Virus record (IMG/VR): IMGVR_UViG_3300017758_000003
Span: 14,044-78,043 of that record
DNA from: a virus
Direction: 5' to 3' (one strand)
Length of the DNA stretch: 64,000 nt
Below are positions 19,246 to 29,322 of this stretch, piece by piece. Within the stretch, counting starts at the first letter, position 1. Every line of letters begins with the position of its first letter. The notes below the pieces were generated by a model. That model was not told where the DNA came from. It searched no databases and was given only the letters and a program-made list of their open reading frames with translations. A program made the translations under genes and the position numbers.

Positions 19246-19287
19246 ATTATATAAGAAGTGTTTGTTTCTTATATAAATATAGGGGTT

Positions 19288-19629
19288 TTAACTAATCGTT
19301 GGAACTTGTGATGAAAGTGAAAGTTTTATAGTTTGAATCTCTTCTAACGCATTTTGAAGTAGTCTTTCAGTCATAATTAATTTCACTATAACCTCGGCGT
19401 TAGGATTCATGTGGTCACTCACAAGATTGTTAAGTATCATATTTTTTACAATATCCTCACTTTGATTAATCTTCAACTTATTCTTCTTTCTTTGATGATA
19501 TTTCTGTGAGTTTTCACGAGTACAAGAAACACAGTAGATACTATGACCATCGTGCATACGCTTATTTTTGTAAAATTGTGAAATGGGCAATTCTTCTTTA
19601 CAACCACTACATTTTTTCTTATTAATCAT
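19288..19629 (-). CDS. CxxC-CxxC zinc-finger protein
   Basis: KKCSGCKEELPISQFY...YCVSC; start reassigned to MINKKK. Confidence 0.7.
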   Translation of the reverse strand: MINKKKCSGCKEELPISQFYKNKRMHDGHSIYCVSCTRENSQKYHQRKKNKLKINQSEDIVKNMILNNLVSDHMNPNAEVIVKLIMTERLLQNALEEIQTIKLSLSSQVPTIS

Positions 19630-19687
19630 AATATATTTCTTATTATTTATACAAAAGTAAGTATTATTTAGAATATCACCAAAATAT

Positions 19688-20254
19688 ATGGAAAAATTTT
19701 TATTCAAGAAAGGTTACTACAGTATCTATGAAATCAAAACCAAAGGTAAGGTAAAGTATATGGTTGATAACGGTAAAACCTTGTTTGTTGCGAGGTTCAA
19801 TAAATGGATAACAAACCCATACAGAGACAAAAAAACATTCACAACTTTAAAGAAAGCTCAAGAATATGTTTCTAAAAAACTTATGATATCAAAACAAAAA
19901 AAGAAAAAGAAACTTGATAAATTACCTAAATCACTTTATTTGGTACTTCTCAAAGAAGAGAAATCAGGTAATCTTTTTGTTAAGGTTGGTATAACATCCA
20001 AAAAATATATAATGAGAAGATTTTCTAAAAAGTATGGGTACGAGGGGTATACACTTGAAAAGATACTTCGTAGGATTAATACTCCACGTGCGGAGAGATT
20101 AGAAGAGAGTATAAAACTTACATTAAAAAAGAAAAGGTCCGTAAAAAGTTACAGACCCTTGTTGGAAAACTTCGGTGGTTATACCGAATGTTATAATATT
20201 GATTCTCTTGATTCTATAGTTCAGGTATTTGACTCTGCAACGAAGAATGATTAA
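19688..20254 (+). CDS. GIY-YIG/T5orf172-like nuclease domain protein
   Basis: LYLVLL..FVKVGITS..RRF, LEE and GYTEC. Confidence 0.6.
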   Translation: MEKFLFKKGYYSIYEIKTKGKVKYMVDNGKTLFVARFNKWITNPYRDKKTFTTLKKAQEYVSKKLMISKQKKKKKLDKLPKSLYLVLLKEEKSGNLFVKVGITSKKYIMRRFSKKYGYEGYTLEKILRRINTPRAERLEESIKLTLKKKRSVKSYRPLLENFGGYTECYNIDSLDSIVQVFDSATKND

Positions 20255-20601
20255 CCGATCCCAATAAAAGATAAAAACTTATCTATAAGGTCACCGTGTT
20301 TACTTTTACAATCTCTCATAATATCTTTCTCTTTTTCAGTAAGAGAAGAACCTGTGGAGTAACCCCAAACACCGTCCATATCTAAACCTCTTTTAGTTCT
20401 TTGGAACTTTGCGATTGCTGATGAAGTTCCATCACCATGTAATCCATCAATTTCTAATTTAGATCCGACTACTTTATTCAAAAAACATTGAATTGCTTTC
20501 TTCGCATTTAATTCTGCGGTCTGTTCGGTCAATACTTGTTCCTCGACAACATTGTCCAATATACTCTTGATTTGAGATTCAGTAAAAATGTATTTCTTCA
20601 T
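20251..20601 (-). CDS. leader + peptidoglycan-binding domain protein
   Basis: IQCFLN..LEIDGLHGDGTSSAIAKFQ..DGVWG. Confidence 0.8.
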   Translation of the reverse strand: MKKYIFTESQIKSILDNVVEEQVLTEQTAELNAKKAIQCFLNKVVGSKLEIDGLHGDGTSSAIAKFQRTKRGLDMDGVWGYSTGSSLTEKEKDIMRDCKSKHGDLIDKFLSFIGIG

Positions 20602-20632
20602 AATATTATAAATATATCAAAATAAGGAACTG

Positions 20633-21034
20633 TTAGAATTTACTCATCTGACGTAAATCGTCAATTTCTTCTTGAATTTCCACCAAATCTTTAGGTAGTA
20701 TTAAATCTAAACCAGATTTAATTGATTTCTCTAAAACCCCATCAACGAAAATAAGAAGAGTTGGAGCCATTCGGATCCTATATTTCTTTTTAGATACTGG
20801 TGCAGATTCTACATCACATCTAAAATAAGTAACACCTCTTAAAGATTCCCATTCTTTAAATTCATTTGATTTATTAAACTCAACCCAAAACTCAACAACC
20901 GTTATGGTTACATCATCATCCCCAAAAGGATGACTTTCATGTACCTCATCTTCAAAATCAGAATCCGTAATCCATTGTTGTGAATATAATTGTGTAGATA
21001 TTAATAGGGATAATAATATAAATATACCTTTCAT
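20633..21034 (-). CDS. exported thioredoxin-fold protein lacking CxxC
   Basis: Signal peptide QLYS|Q; VVEFWVEFN; YRIRMAPTLLIFVDG. Confidence 0.7.
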   Translation of the reverse strand: MKGIFILLSLLISTQLYSQQWITDSDFEDEVHESHPFGDDDVTITVVEFWVEFNKSNEFKEWESLRGVTYFRCDVESAPVSKKKYRIRMAPTLLIFVDGVLEKSIKSGLDLILPKDLVEIQEEIDDLRQMSKF

Positions 21035-21035
21035 T

Positions 21036-21320
21036 TTAGTTCTGTTTTTGTAACTCGTACAATCTTCCATCAATCTTCTCTAACTCCCTTAATATGGACT
21101 CCACGTCTTCTTGAGTATCCATAATGGTTTGTCTAATCAATTCATCTTTAAGATCGTATTCTGTTCTGGTTATGTTCGGTTTAGGTAATTCCTTAGCTTC
21201 TTGTATGTCACCTTGAATTGTAAACCACATACCAACCACAGTAGCTATAAAAAATATGACTATTCCTATTGTTTTTAAATCTAATGTGATTTTAGTTCCT
21301 TCTCCTATTTCTTTTGCCAT
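21036..21320 (-). CDS. single-TM coiled-coil protein
   Basis: TM helix IGIVIFFIATVVGMWF followed by a coiled coil. Confidence 0.75.
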   Translation of the reverse strand: MAKEIGEGTKITLDLKTIGIVIFFIATVVGMWFTIQGDIQEAKELPKPNITRTEYDLKDELIRQTIMDTQEDVESILRELEKIDGRLYELQKQN

Positions 21321-21324
21321 GTCT

Positions 21325-21891
21325 TTAATCTATTAAATAACTGTAAGGTGTGTCATTAGTGTTTGAACCTATTGGAAAGTTTTCTAATCTCATTGATACA
21401 GTCATGTTAGATTGTATATAAGGGTTATAAAACTCACCTTCAGCGGTTAAACATATTAATCCACTATGTTGACCACCTAATTGACCCGCATCTTGAACTA
21501 TTACTTCATTCCAAACTACATACTCTTGGTCACCTGGTATTTCAACACCTGCGTACTTATCATCGGGATTTTCCCAAGTGTAAGTACCAATATCTAATAA
21601 CTCACCATCATCTGTTGCGTCTGAATCTAAACAATATAATGCAAAGTGTTGTCTGTCTAATCTTATTTCCCCATCATCTACTTGGAGATAAAGGATAAAT
21701 ATTTTTCTTAATTTACCATCTACCACTTTTGAACCACCATATGACTTTACTTGAGCGTATCTCTCATAAGGATCAAATGTGTCACCATTTAAAGTAATTT
21801 CGAAAACAGGAACTAATGGTTCTTGAACTTCTTCCTTTTCACAAGACCACATTAGTGAAAGAAGTAAAAATATTAATGATAATTTTTTCAT
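21325..21891 (-). CDS. lipoprotein
   Basis: Lipobox LMWSC|EKEE. Confidence 0.8.
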   Translation of the reverse strand: MKKLSLIFLLLSLMWSCEKEEVQEPLVPVFEITLNGDTFDPYERYAQVKSYGGSKVVDGKLRKIFILYLQVDDGEIRLDRQHFALYCLDSDATDDGELLDIGTYTWENPDDKYAGVEIPGDQEYVVWNEVIVQDAGQLGGQHSGLICLTAEGEFYNPYIQSNMTVSMRLENFPIGSNTNDTPYSYLID

Positions 21892-21902
21892 GATTATTGA
21901 TT

Positions 21903-23129
21903 TTATCTAAATGTATAGTTTAATCCGAATGTACTGTAGAAAAATTCTGTATCCCACATTTTTGTATATTCTCCTTCTACAAAGATTCCTAACTTTCTTC
22001 CTACTTTCCAACCAATGTTAGCTCCAAATTGGAAGTCCTCCCATTGTTCAAATTCAGAATCCTGTCTTAGTCCACCTTTGCCCCAATTATCTCTATTACC
22101 ATAATTGAAGATATCGTCACCCCTTAGATAGGTGTGATATGGTAGTAGATAATTACCGTAAACGTGTGCCCAAAATTTTGGGGAGTAGTGGTAAAAATCA
22201 AAACCAACTACAGGTGATATAAGTCCAAACTGACCTATCTCATCCCATATTCCATTGTTAAAATCATTGATTAAATCTCTAAAGATACCATCTCTAAATT
22301 CTAAATCAGAATCTGCCACTCTTTCACCATCTTCATTTTGCCAAAACCAACCCTGTCTTACTTGTTCGTTACCAAACTCATCTATATATGTTTCAGTATA
22401 GAACTGATCCGTATAACCACTATCGTATCCTAAAGTGTACCAAGGATTCATTGGGTTACCAAATTCATCTTCTTCATTTACCCACACTTCAAATGGATTG
22501 TATCCATACGCTCTGTCATGTGTTCTGTACATTGCTCCTGCTGATAATGAGAATTTCTTACCGATTGGTAATCTTGCTCTTACTTCGGCCGATTGATATT
22601 TGAAATCAAACGCTCCTTGTTCTCTTGATTCTAATTTAACTATATGGTATTTACCTGTATGTCTAAGGAAGTATCTTGAGTTAGTCCAAATATCACCTCT
22701 GTTACGTTCTTTCTCCCAATGGAATAAATATTCGAATCCCTTTACGGCTGATGTTGGTGCGGATAATGCAATTTGTCTTTCTCTGTCTGCGTTACCTGTC
22801 CAAAAGTTACCTGGTTTTCTTTCATAATCAAATCTAGCTAACTTTCTAATACCAAACCCTATTCTATAATCAAATGGATTATATTCTGTACCATCCACAA
22901 CCTGTGGGATGCTATAGACACTACCATTATCGTTAGTTCTCACAAAATATTCTTTCCTTGATGGTTCATATGAGTTGCGGATGTCTCCCGCCCCATAAAT
23001 TGTTCCATATTTTAAAAAGTCATTGTAGAATTCTTTAAGAAAAGAGTCTTTTTTCTCTTTTACTTCCTTTTGTGCAAGTGCTGGTGTGGCACAAAGAATG
23101 CACATTAATAATACTATTACGTTTCTCAT
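21903..23129 (-). CDS. putative outer-membrane beta-barrel protein
   Basis: Signal peptide PALA|Q, alternating aromatic beta-strands, C-terminal TFGLNYTFR beta-signal. Confidence 0.7.
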   Translation of the reverse strand: MRNVIVLLMCILCATPALAQKEVKEKKDSFLKEFYNDFLKYGTIYGAGDIRNSYEPSRKEYFVRTNDNGSVYSIPQVVDGTEYNPFDYRIGFGIRKLARFDYERKPGNFWTGNADRERQIALSAPTSAVKGFEYLFHWEKERNRGDIWTNSRYFLRHTGKYHIVKLESREQGAFDFKYQSAEVRARLPIGKKFSLSAGAMYRTHDRAYGYNPFEVWVNEEDEFGNPMNPWYTLGYDSGYTDQFYTETYIDEFGNEQVRQGWFWQNEDGERVADSDLEFRDGIFRDLINDFNNGIWDEIGQFGLISPVVGFDFYHYSPKFWAHVYGNYLLPYHTYLRGDDIFNYGNRDNWGKGGLRQDSEFEQWEDFQFGANIGWKVGRKLGIFVEGEYTKMWDTEFFYSTFGLNYTFR

Positions 23130-23219
23130 CTTTTAATTAAAGTGTTTTTTAATCATTATTTTTACTTTAACTATAAATATCTTTTAAACACAATAACGAT
23201 ACCCAAGAAGTAAAAAAAT

Positions 23220-23825
23220 TTACTGATTTTCTAAATACGAAGATAAGTAACCTGAAATCCTACCAGCCTGAATTTGAACGTGCTCCCAGTCATCTTTAGT
23301 TAATTTCTTCTTTTTAGATACATAATCCATACCTATGTTTCCTATGTATTTGTCATCTAATGTGAATAAAGGAATTACATAAGATGATTTAGTACCTACA
23401 GAGTCTGCAGCACCTTTGAGTCCAAAAGTTGCAGTTTTAGGGTCTGCAAAATTTGGAATGAAAATACCATTACCTTCCATCAAGAAATGCATTGCTTTTG
23501 GATATAAAGAACATGGTATATTATTAAAAATGTGACTTACTGATGAGACCCCCGCTTTAGATACTTCGTAAAAGATTGAGAATTTCTGAATTGACTTACC
23601 TGTTGGGTAGAAATTACCTCCGTTATGAAATTGTGCAATCCACACTCTATCAGCACCGTACTCAGTCCTTATTTGTTCAATTTCGTTATCAATAATCGAT
23701 GTATTGATAATATTCTCTTTGATTTTGTCTCTTTTTTTGTCGTGATGTCTTTTCATCCTTTGATTGATGAATAGGTAGAGGACAGGTCCTACAACACCAG
23801 TTAAAAACGCTCCTAATAACTCCAT
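23220..23825 (-). CDS. TM + GAF-like domain protein (candidate T4 T-like holin)
   Basis: N-terminal TM; ADRVWIAQFHNGG and SSYVIPLF..YIGNIGMDY GAF-like pattern. Confidence 0.55.
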   Translation of the reverse strand: MELLGAFLTGVVGPVLYLFINQRMKRHHDKKRDKIKENIINTSIIDNEIEQIRTEYGADRVWIAQFHNGGNFYPTGKSIQKFSIFYEVSKAGVSSVSHIFNNIPCSLYPKAMHFLMEGNGIFIPNFADPKTATFGLKGAADSVGTKSSYVIPLFTLDDKYIGNIGMDYVSKKKKLTKDDWEHVQIQAGRISGYLSSYLENQ

Positions 23826-24002
23826 TTAGTTGGTATATTTTTTAATATAAATTAATATATCAATAAATACATGAATACTTGGTCTTATTGACCTATTTTT
23901 GAATTTTAGGTGCGAAAAAAACAATTATTATTGTAAAAGTCTCGATACCATTGATTGTATGGGGAATTTTATGTATTATAAATTAAATGATAGTTATATA
24001 TA

Positions 24003-24554
24003 ATGACCAAAATTATAAATCTTTTTGGTGGTCCAGGTATTGGGAAATCATCCATTTCTGCTGGACTAACCTATAATTTGAAGAAAAGACACATAACTTG
24101 TGACAATCCTTATGAGTTTCCTAAACTATTAGCGTGGGATGAAAACCATTCTGCAATTGCGGACCAACTATTCGTACTTGCAAACCAACATAGAGGGATC
24201 GTTAAGTCGTACGGTAAGGTAGAATTTATAATATTAGACTCACCAATATTATTATCATTAACATATAAAACTTACTATGATAAGAATGGTGGAGACGTGT
24301 ATCCCTCCAATTTATATGGTGAGACATTTGATAAGTTATTAATTGAAATAAATAACAAATACGATAATATTAATATTTTATTAGATCGTACAAAAGGTAT
24401 ACATAACGACATAGAGAGATACCAAAACTTAGAGGAATCGATTGAATTGGATAGGGAAATCGAAAACACTCTTATACAACATAGTCTTCCCTATCACAAA
24501 ATAAAAGTTGATGATCAAACAGTAAATAATATCGTAGATCTCCTTTTACAATAA
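24003..24554 (+). CDS. P-loop NTPase/kinase (NadR/AAA_28-like)
   Basis: GGPGIGKS and ILDSPILL. Confidence 0.8.
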   Translation: MTKIINLFGGPGIGKSSISAGLTYNLKKRHITCDNPYEFPKLLAWDENHSAIADQLFVLANQHRGIVKSYGKVEFIILDSPILLSLTYKTYYDKNGGDVYPSNLYGETFDKLLIEINNKYDNINILLDRTKGIHNDIERYQNLEESIELDREIENTLIQHSLPYHKIKVDDQTVNNIVDLLLQ

Positions 24555-24563
24555 TTTAATTAT

Positions 24564-25184
24564 ATGAAAATAATGTACAAAAAAATAATCAATCTAATAA
24601 TAATATGTTTTGTTATTGGCACATCATCTCTTTATGGTCAAGTTAAAACCTACAAGGGAGAATTATATACGGTAATCTATTCTGAGGATTACCAACAACC
24701 GTTACAAGTCACTTATAAGGTTTTATGTCCTACGGGAGTAGTAAGTAGAAGTGGAATGGATTTTTGGAAGCCCGATGGTTGGAAAACTTCAGATAATGGT
24801 GACTACAAGGCAAATGTTTATGACAAAGGTCATATGGCTCCCGCAGCGAATTTTAATTGTTATGATAAGAAAACATTAAAGAAAACTTTTAATTATCTAA
24901 ATTGTGCATTACAACATGAATCTTTAAATAGGGGACCATGGAAGGAACTTGAAAGATTCGAAAGAGATTTGGCAAAGGTATTTGAAACTGTAAAGGTGAG
25001 TATAACAATACACTTCAATAATGAACCAAAGTACGTAGAAGGTGGAGCATTAATACCAAGTGGTTTTACTAAAGTTATATGGGCAGGAAAACATGAGTGG
25101 ACGTTTTATTTTGATAATATAAATTTAAAAGGTAGGGATTGGAGTGATTTCCAAATACCTAATGAAAGACCCGCCGATTATTAA
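24564..25184 (+). CDS. exported DNA/RNA non-specific endonuclease (NucA family)
   Basis: Signal peptide SLYG|Q; YDKGHMAPA, NCALQ, LNRGPWKELE. Confidence 0.9.
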   Translation: MKIMYKKIINLIIICFVIGTSSLYGQVKTYKGELYTVIYSEDYQQPLQVTYKVLCPTGVVSRSGMDFWKPDGWKTSDNGDYKANVYDKGHMAPAANFNCYDKKTLKKTFNYLNCALQHESLNRGPWKELERFERDLAKVFETVKVSITIHFNNEPKYVEGGALIPSGFTKVIWAGKHEWTFYFDNINLKGRDWSDFQIPNERPADY

Positions 25185-25393
25185 TGTCCCGTTACCCCCC
25201 GTATAAAAGACCTATTCAAAAAATAAACGGTTATTTGTATATAATACATGCGGAATACGACATGGATCGTGTTAAAGATACAAGTTCAGTAAAAGAATGG
25301 TTAGGGGTTGATCACGTATTTAAGGTACACAGTAAAGGTACCTTAATTTTTTGTGAACAAATACATGATGTTGAGTGGGAAGAAGTTACCTAA
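25184..25393 (+). CDS. hypothetical protein
   Basis: 69-aa ORF translationally coupled to the nuclease. Confidence 0.7.
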   Translation: MSRYPPYKRPIQKINGYLYIIHAEYDMDRVKDTSSVKEWLGVDHVFKVHSKGTLIFCEQIHDVEWEEVT

Positions 25394-25733
25394 CTTTTAT
25401 TTGTCTGACCTTTTTAACGGGTTTTACCGACTTATAAATTAACTTAAAGTTTTCCATAATATCCTTGTATACCGCAGCTAACTCGTAATTTTCTATTTCT
25501 TCATTTCTCTTCCATAAAATTGTAATAAAACTTAGTAATTCATTTTCTGAAAGTTTCATTTTATTACCTAAGGAGGTGTTAACCAACTTCAAAGTAAGAT
25601 ATGATATACCTTTTCTTTTACCGTCAGCTAATGAAAAATATTGATCAACCTTAATACCCGATAACACTTTTGTGTTAACCTTATCTAGGAGTTTTAAGAA
25701 TGATGGATGGTTAATGTCTACATTTATTGCCAT
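25386..25733 (-). CDS. hypothetical protein with UVR-like motif
   Basis: EEIENYELAAVYKD. Confidence 0.75.
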   Translation of the reverse strand: MAINVDINHPSFLKLLDKVNTKVLSGIKVDQYFSLADGKRKGISYLTLKLVNTSLGNKMKLSENELLSFITILWKRNEEIENYELAAVYKDIMENFKLIYKSVKPVKKVRQIKVR

Positions 25734-25779
25734 AGTTCTCGTTTTACTATAAATATGTTGATAGTTAGGTTATGTTTGG

Positions 25780-26163
25780 TTATTTACCCCATTTTCCTTC
25801 TTTAACTATCTGACATATTACACCGTAAACCGATAAGTCTTGGTATGTGTCAACAACAGATTCCCCTACATTGTCTTTGTTTCCAAGGACTATCAACTGT
25901 TTCAGTCTTTGAATCTTATCATTCATTCTAAACCATAAACCTGTTTGAGACATTTTTCTATCTTCCTTACGAGTTAAGTCAGTTCCCAATGAAATATTGT
26001 CAGGACCGTAGTTTGATTGTTTTAAACAAAATAATTCGTATTGTTCCTTTTGAATTTTCTTAAATAATTCAGTAGTTTCAGGATATAATGATTCTACATG
26101 GTCAACAACTGTGGTTGTTTTAGTGTTAATGGTTTCTACTTCTAAAGTTTCTGTGTCTATCAT
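25780..26163 (-). CDS. DUF1599/nucleotide-modification-associated domain protein
   Basis: KQSNYG, RMNDKIQRL, DTYQDLSVYG; promoter TTGACT-N17-TATTAT at 26181-26209. Confidence 0.75.
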   Translation of the reverse strand: MIDTETLEVETINTKTTTVVDHVESLYPETTELFKKIQKEQYELFCLKQSNYGPDNISLGTDLTRKEDRKMSQTGLWFRMNDKIQRLKQLIVLGNKDNVGESVVDTYQDLSVYGVICQIVKEGKWGK

Positions 26164-26267
26164 CTTTAATGTTTTTTTAAATAATACAGAAAAAAAAGTG
26201 TAAAGTCAAATCTTACTATGATAGATTATTTCAAATAATATAGTATTTATTAGATAAAGACATAACA

Positions 26268-26507
26268 ATGGCATCAAAGGCATCAAAAAGAAAAAGTAAC
26301 CAAAATTCAAATTCACAGAAACCTAAGAATCAACAGTTGATTCAAATGTTGTCATTTAGAATCGTTCCTGCATACTTTAAAGAAATTGAAAAGGTTGCCG
26401 ACAAAAAGGAAATGACTGTTTCTAAATTAATTAGATCCTATATCAAAGATGGTATGCATAGAGATAAGGATTTCACAGCAGACGACAAAGGTTTTAATAT
26501 CGGTTAA
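26268..26507 (+). CDS. ribbon-helix-helix DNA-binding protein
   Basis: MLSFRI...IEKVADKKEMTVSKLIRSYI. Confidence 0.7.
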   Translation: MASKASKRKSNQNSNSQKPKNQQLIQMLSFRIVPAYFKEIEKVADKKEMTVSKLIRSYIKDGMHRDKDFTADDKGFNIG

Positions 26508-27545
26508 TTACTTATTAAATCTCTCAAACGAATTTTTTGTTATCAGATTATAATTAACTCCACCAATAAAATTGGGGAGTTTTTTATTATTAGTATAACT
26601 CATCGCGGATTTAAGGTACGATGTGAAGTTATCAACCCATCCCTTTAGAGTGTATTCAACTTTGTGTGTTCTTACAACACCCTCAGAGGTTTTCAATTCG
26701 TCATTACCCCATGATTTCTGAACCTCTTTAGTACTCATACCTCTAAAATTTTTAAATAGGGGTATATCTACATTAAACATCTCAAGGGAGGTCTTACTAT
26801 ATTGATCGATAACCTCACCCTTTGAGTCGGTTGTGAGACCACAACTCTCAAGGGACTTGTTGAATATCGAACCTAACATTACATAATCAGCACCAAGAGC
26901 CAACGCCTTAATTACATCGGCGTATTTTTTGAATCCACCGTCAGCGACAATTTTAGTTTTAATGAAAGGATTTCTTTTTTTAATGTCATTACACTCACTA
27001 ATCAAACTCGCCATAGGATATCCAACACCTGTTTGTACGGTTGTTAAACAACCACCACCATTACCAATTCCGATCCTCACATAGTCGACTCCCGCCAAAC
27101 CATAATCGTAAAATGTCGTTGGATTTGCGACATTACCGACCATTAGAACAATTTGATCACCATATTTTTGTTTGGCAGTTTTACTACTTTGGATTAGGTC
27201 TTTCATATGACCGTTCGCAATGTCAATTAATACTCTGTATTGTTTTCCATCAGGTATTTCCACGTCATTTTCTAAAAAATACATATCAAAATCAGTTAGA
27301 CTAAATGATGTGAAATGTTCATCATTAAGAAAATCCTCCATCCATGGTTGGGGTGTATTGCGGGGAAAAACCACCGTTATACCCAAATCACTAAAGTAAT
27401 GATGGTTATTCCCATCAACAACGGTATCCATTGGTGCGGTCATCAAAGGTAGTTTATCTCCATAATATGGATTTGTCTCAGAACGAGAACGAATTGCACT
27501 AATTTTTGCAGGTTGGATCAAAAGATCATCGAAATCGAATAACAT
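26508..27545 (-). CDS. IMP dehydrogenase/GMP reductase family (no CBS domains)
   Basis: APMDTV, IDIANGH, GIGNGGGCLT, ADGG, FRGMS, SEG. Confidence 0.9.
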   Translation of the reverse strand: MLFDFDDLLIQPAKISAIRSRSETNPYYGDKLPLMTAPMDTVVDGNNHHYFSDLGITVVFPRNTPQPWMEDFLNDEHFTSFSLTDFDMYFLENDVEIPDGKQYRVLIDIANGHMKDLIQSSKTAKQKYGDQIVLMVGNVANPTTFYDYGLAGVDYVRIGIGNGGGCLTTVQTGVGYPMASLISECNDIKKRNPFIKTKIVADGGFKKYADVIKALALGADYVMLGSIFNKSLESCGLTTDSKGEVIDQYSKTSLEMFNVDIPLFKNFRGMSTKEVQKSWGNDELKTSEGVVRTHKVEYTLKGWVDNFTSYLKSAMSYTNNKKLPNFIGGVNYNLITKNSFERFNK

Positions 27546-27564
27546 GTGTTTTGGTTTTTTAAAA

Positions 27565-27972
27565 TTAATTTTCCTCCGACGGATAGAACAGACTTGCGAT
27601 ATCCTCTAATAATAATTGACTAAATTTTTTGTTTGAGTCGGGAAATCCCTTTTTACCCTTTTCAGTTAGGAAGAAGACCTCTTCGGTATTTTCGTCTTCA
27701 TATGAATTTACAATACCTTCTTTTTTTAATTCGTAAAGAACAGAACCTGTGAATATTCTTCTTAGTATTTTATCTAATTGACCGTTAGACCATTCAACTG
27801 TGAAATCAGGAGTTAGTTGTTTGACGTACTCTTCAGTGACTACATGTGTTAACTCTTTTCTCGCATAATTCTCACCAATCTCAAAGATATCGAAAAATCC
27901 CGATTCCCTAATAATATCAAGTATACCGTCCACTTTACGATCCACAATCTTCGGTGAGTTAATCTGTTCCAT
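27565..27972 (-). CDS. hypothetical protein (possible winged helix)
   Basis: LYELKKEGIV..FFLTEKG; promoter TTGACT-N17-TATAAT at 27979-28007. Confidence 0.7.
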   Translation of the reverse strand: MEQINSPKIVDRKVDGILDIIRESGFFDIFEIGENYARKELTHVVTEEYVKQLTPDFTVEWSNGQLDKILRRIFTGSVLYELKKEGIVNSYEDENTEEVFFLTEKGKKGFPDSNKKFSQLLLEDIASLFYPSEEN

Positions 27973-28065
27973 ACTTAAATTATAAGGAAAAAAAACAAAT
28001 AAGTCAAGTACGTCATAGGCTTTACGATTACACTTATTTTATTTATATTCTAAAAAAAAGAATAG

Positions 28066-29319
28066 ATGAAAAACAACGGTAAAATTTTTATACAAATTGC
28101 GTCGTACAGAGATCCCGAATTATTACCTACTTTGAGGGACTGTATTGAAAAGGCGCACAAACCCAAAAATTTGGTTTTCAGTATCTGTTGGCAACATTCA
28201 AAAGAAGATGAATGGGACAACCTTGACGAATTTAAAAATGATAAACGTTTTAAAATTGTAGATGTTGATTACACCAAATCAAAAGGGGCTTGTTGGGCGA
28301 GAAACTCTCTACAACAACAATATGATGGTGAACAATATACACTTCAATTAGATTCACATCATAGATTTATCCAAGATTGGGATAAGGAACTTATTGATAT
28401 GTTAAAAGGGTTACAGAAAAAGGGACACAAAAAACCACTATTAACCAGTTACATATCGTCTTATAATCCTGAAACTGACCCTGATGGTCGTATTCAGGTA
28501 CCATGGAAGATGAACTTCGATAGATTTATTCCTGAAGGTGCAATTTTCTTCTTACCCGCATCGATTGAGAATCATAAAGAATTATCAGAACCAATTACTT
28601 CAAGGTTTTATTCCGCACACTTCGCATTTAGTGTTGGATCTTTTGTTGAGGAAGTTCCTCACGACCCCGAATATTATTTCCACGGAGAAGAAATATCAAT
28701 TGCTGTAAGGGCATTTACTTGGGGATATGATTTATTCCATCCACATAAAGTGATTGCTTGGCACGAATACACAAGAAAGGGTAGAACTAAACAATGGGAT
28801 GACGATAAAACATGGGGAAACAGGAACAGTAGTTCACACCTTAGAAATAGAAAATTGTTTGGGATGGATGGTCACGAAAAAGATATTGATTTTGGTATTT
28901 ATGACTTTGGTACTGTGAGAACACTTGAGGATTATGAAAAATATGCTGGAATATCTTTTGGTAAGAGGGCAGTTCAAAAGTATACTATGGATAGGGGATT
29001 ACCTCCAAACCCACAATTAAGTGACGAGGAGTATGAAAACTCATTTATGAGAATATTTAAACATTGTATTGACATACATAAATCAAGTTTAAAATTAGAG
29101 GACTACAATTTCATTGCTGTTATTTTCGAAAATGAAAAGGGTGAATCTTTAGATAGGAAAGATTTACAACCAAGTGAAATTAGAGGATTACAGACAACTC
29201 CTGATGAATGGGTGAAAATATGGAGAGAATTTAACGTGGAGGAGAAACCACATAAATGGATTGTTTGGCCACACTCAGAAAAAGAGGGTTGGTGTGAAAA
29301 ATTAGAAGGAATACTATAA
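28066..29319 (+). CDS. GT60-like polypeptide GlcNAc-transferase
   Basis: IFIQIASYRDPEL, GACWAR, LQLDSHHRF, FHGEE, HEY. Confidence 0.85.
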   Translation: MKNNGKIFIQIASYRDPELLPTLRDCIEKAHKPKNLVFSICWQHSKEDEWDNLDEFKNDKRFKIVDVDYTKSKGACWARNSLQQQYDGEQYTLQLDSHHRFIQDWDKELIDMLKGLQKKGHKKPLLTSYISSYNPETDPDGRIQVPWKMNFDRFIPEGAIFFLPASIENHKELSEPITSRFYSAHFAFSVGSFVEEVPHDPEYYFHGEEISIAVRAFTWGYDLFHPHKVIAWHEYTRKGRTKQWDDDKTWGNRNSSSHLRNRKLFGMDGHEKDIDFGIYDFGTVRTLEDYEKYAGISFGKRAVQKYTMDRGLPPNPQLSDEEYENSFMRIFKHCIDIHKSSLKLEDYNFIAVIFENEKGESLDRKDLQPSEIRGLQTTPDEWVKIWREFNVEEKPHKWIVWPHSEKEGWCEKLEGIL

Positions 29320-29322
29320 AAT

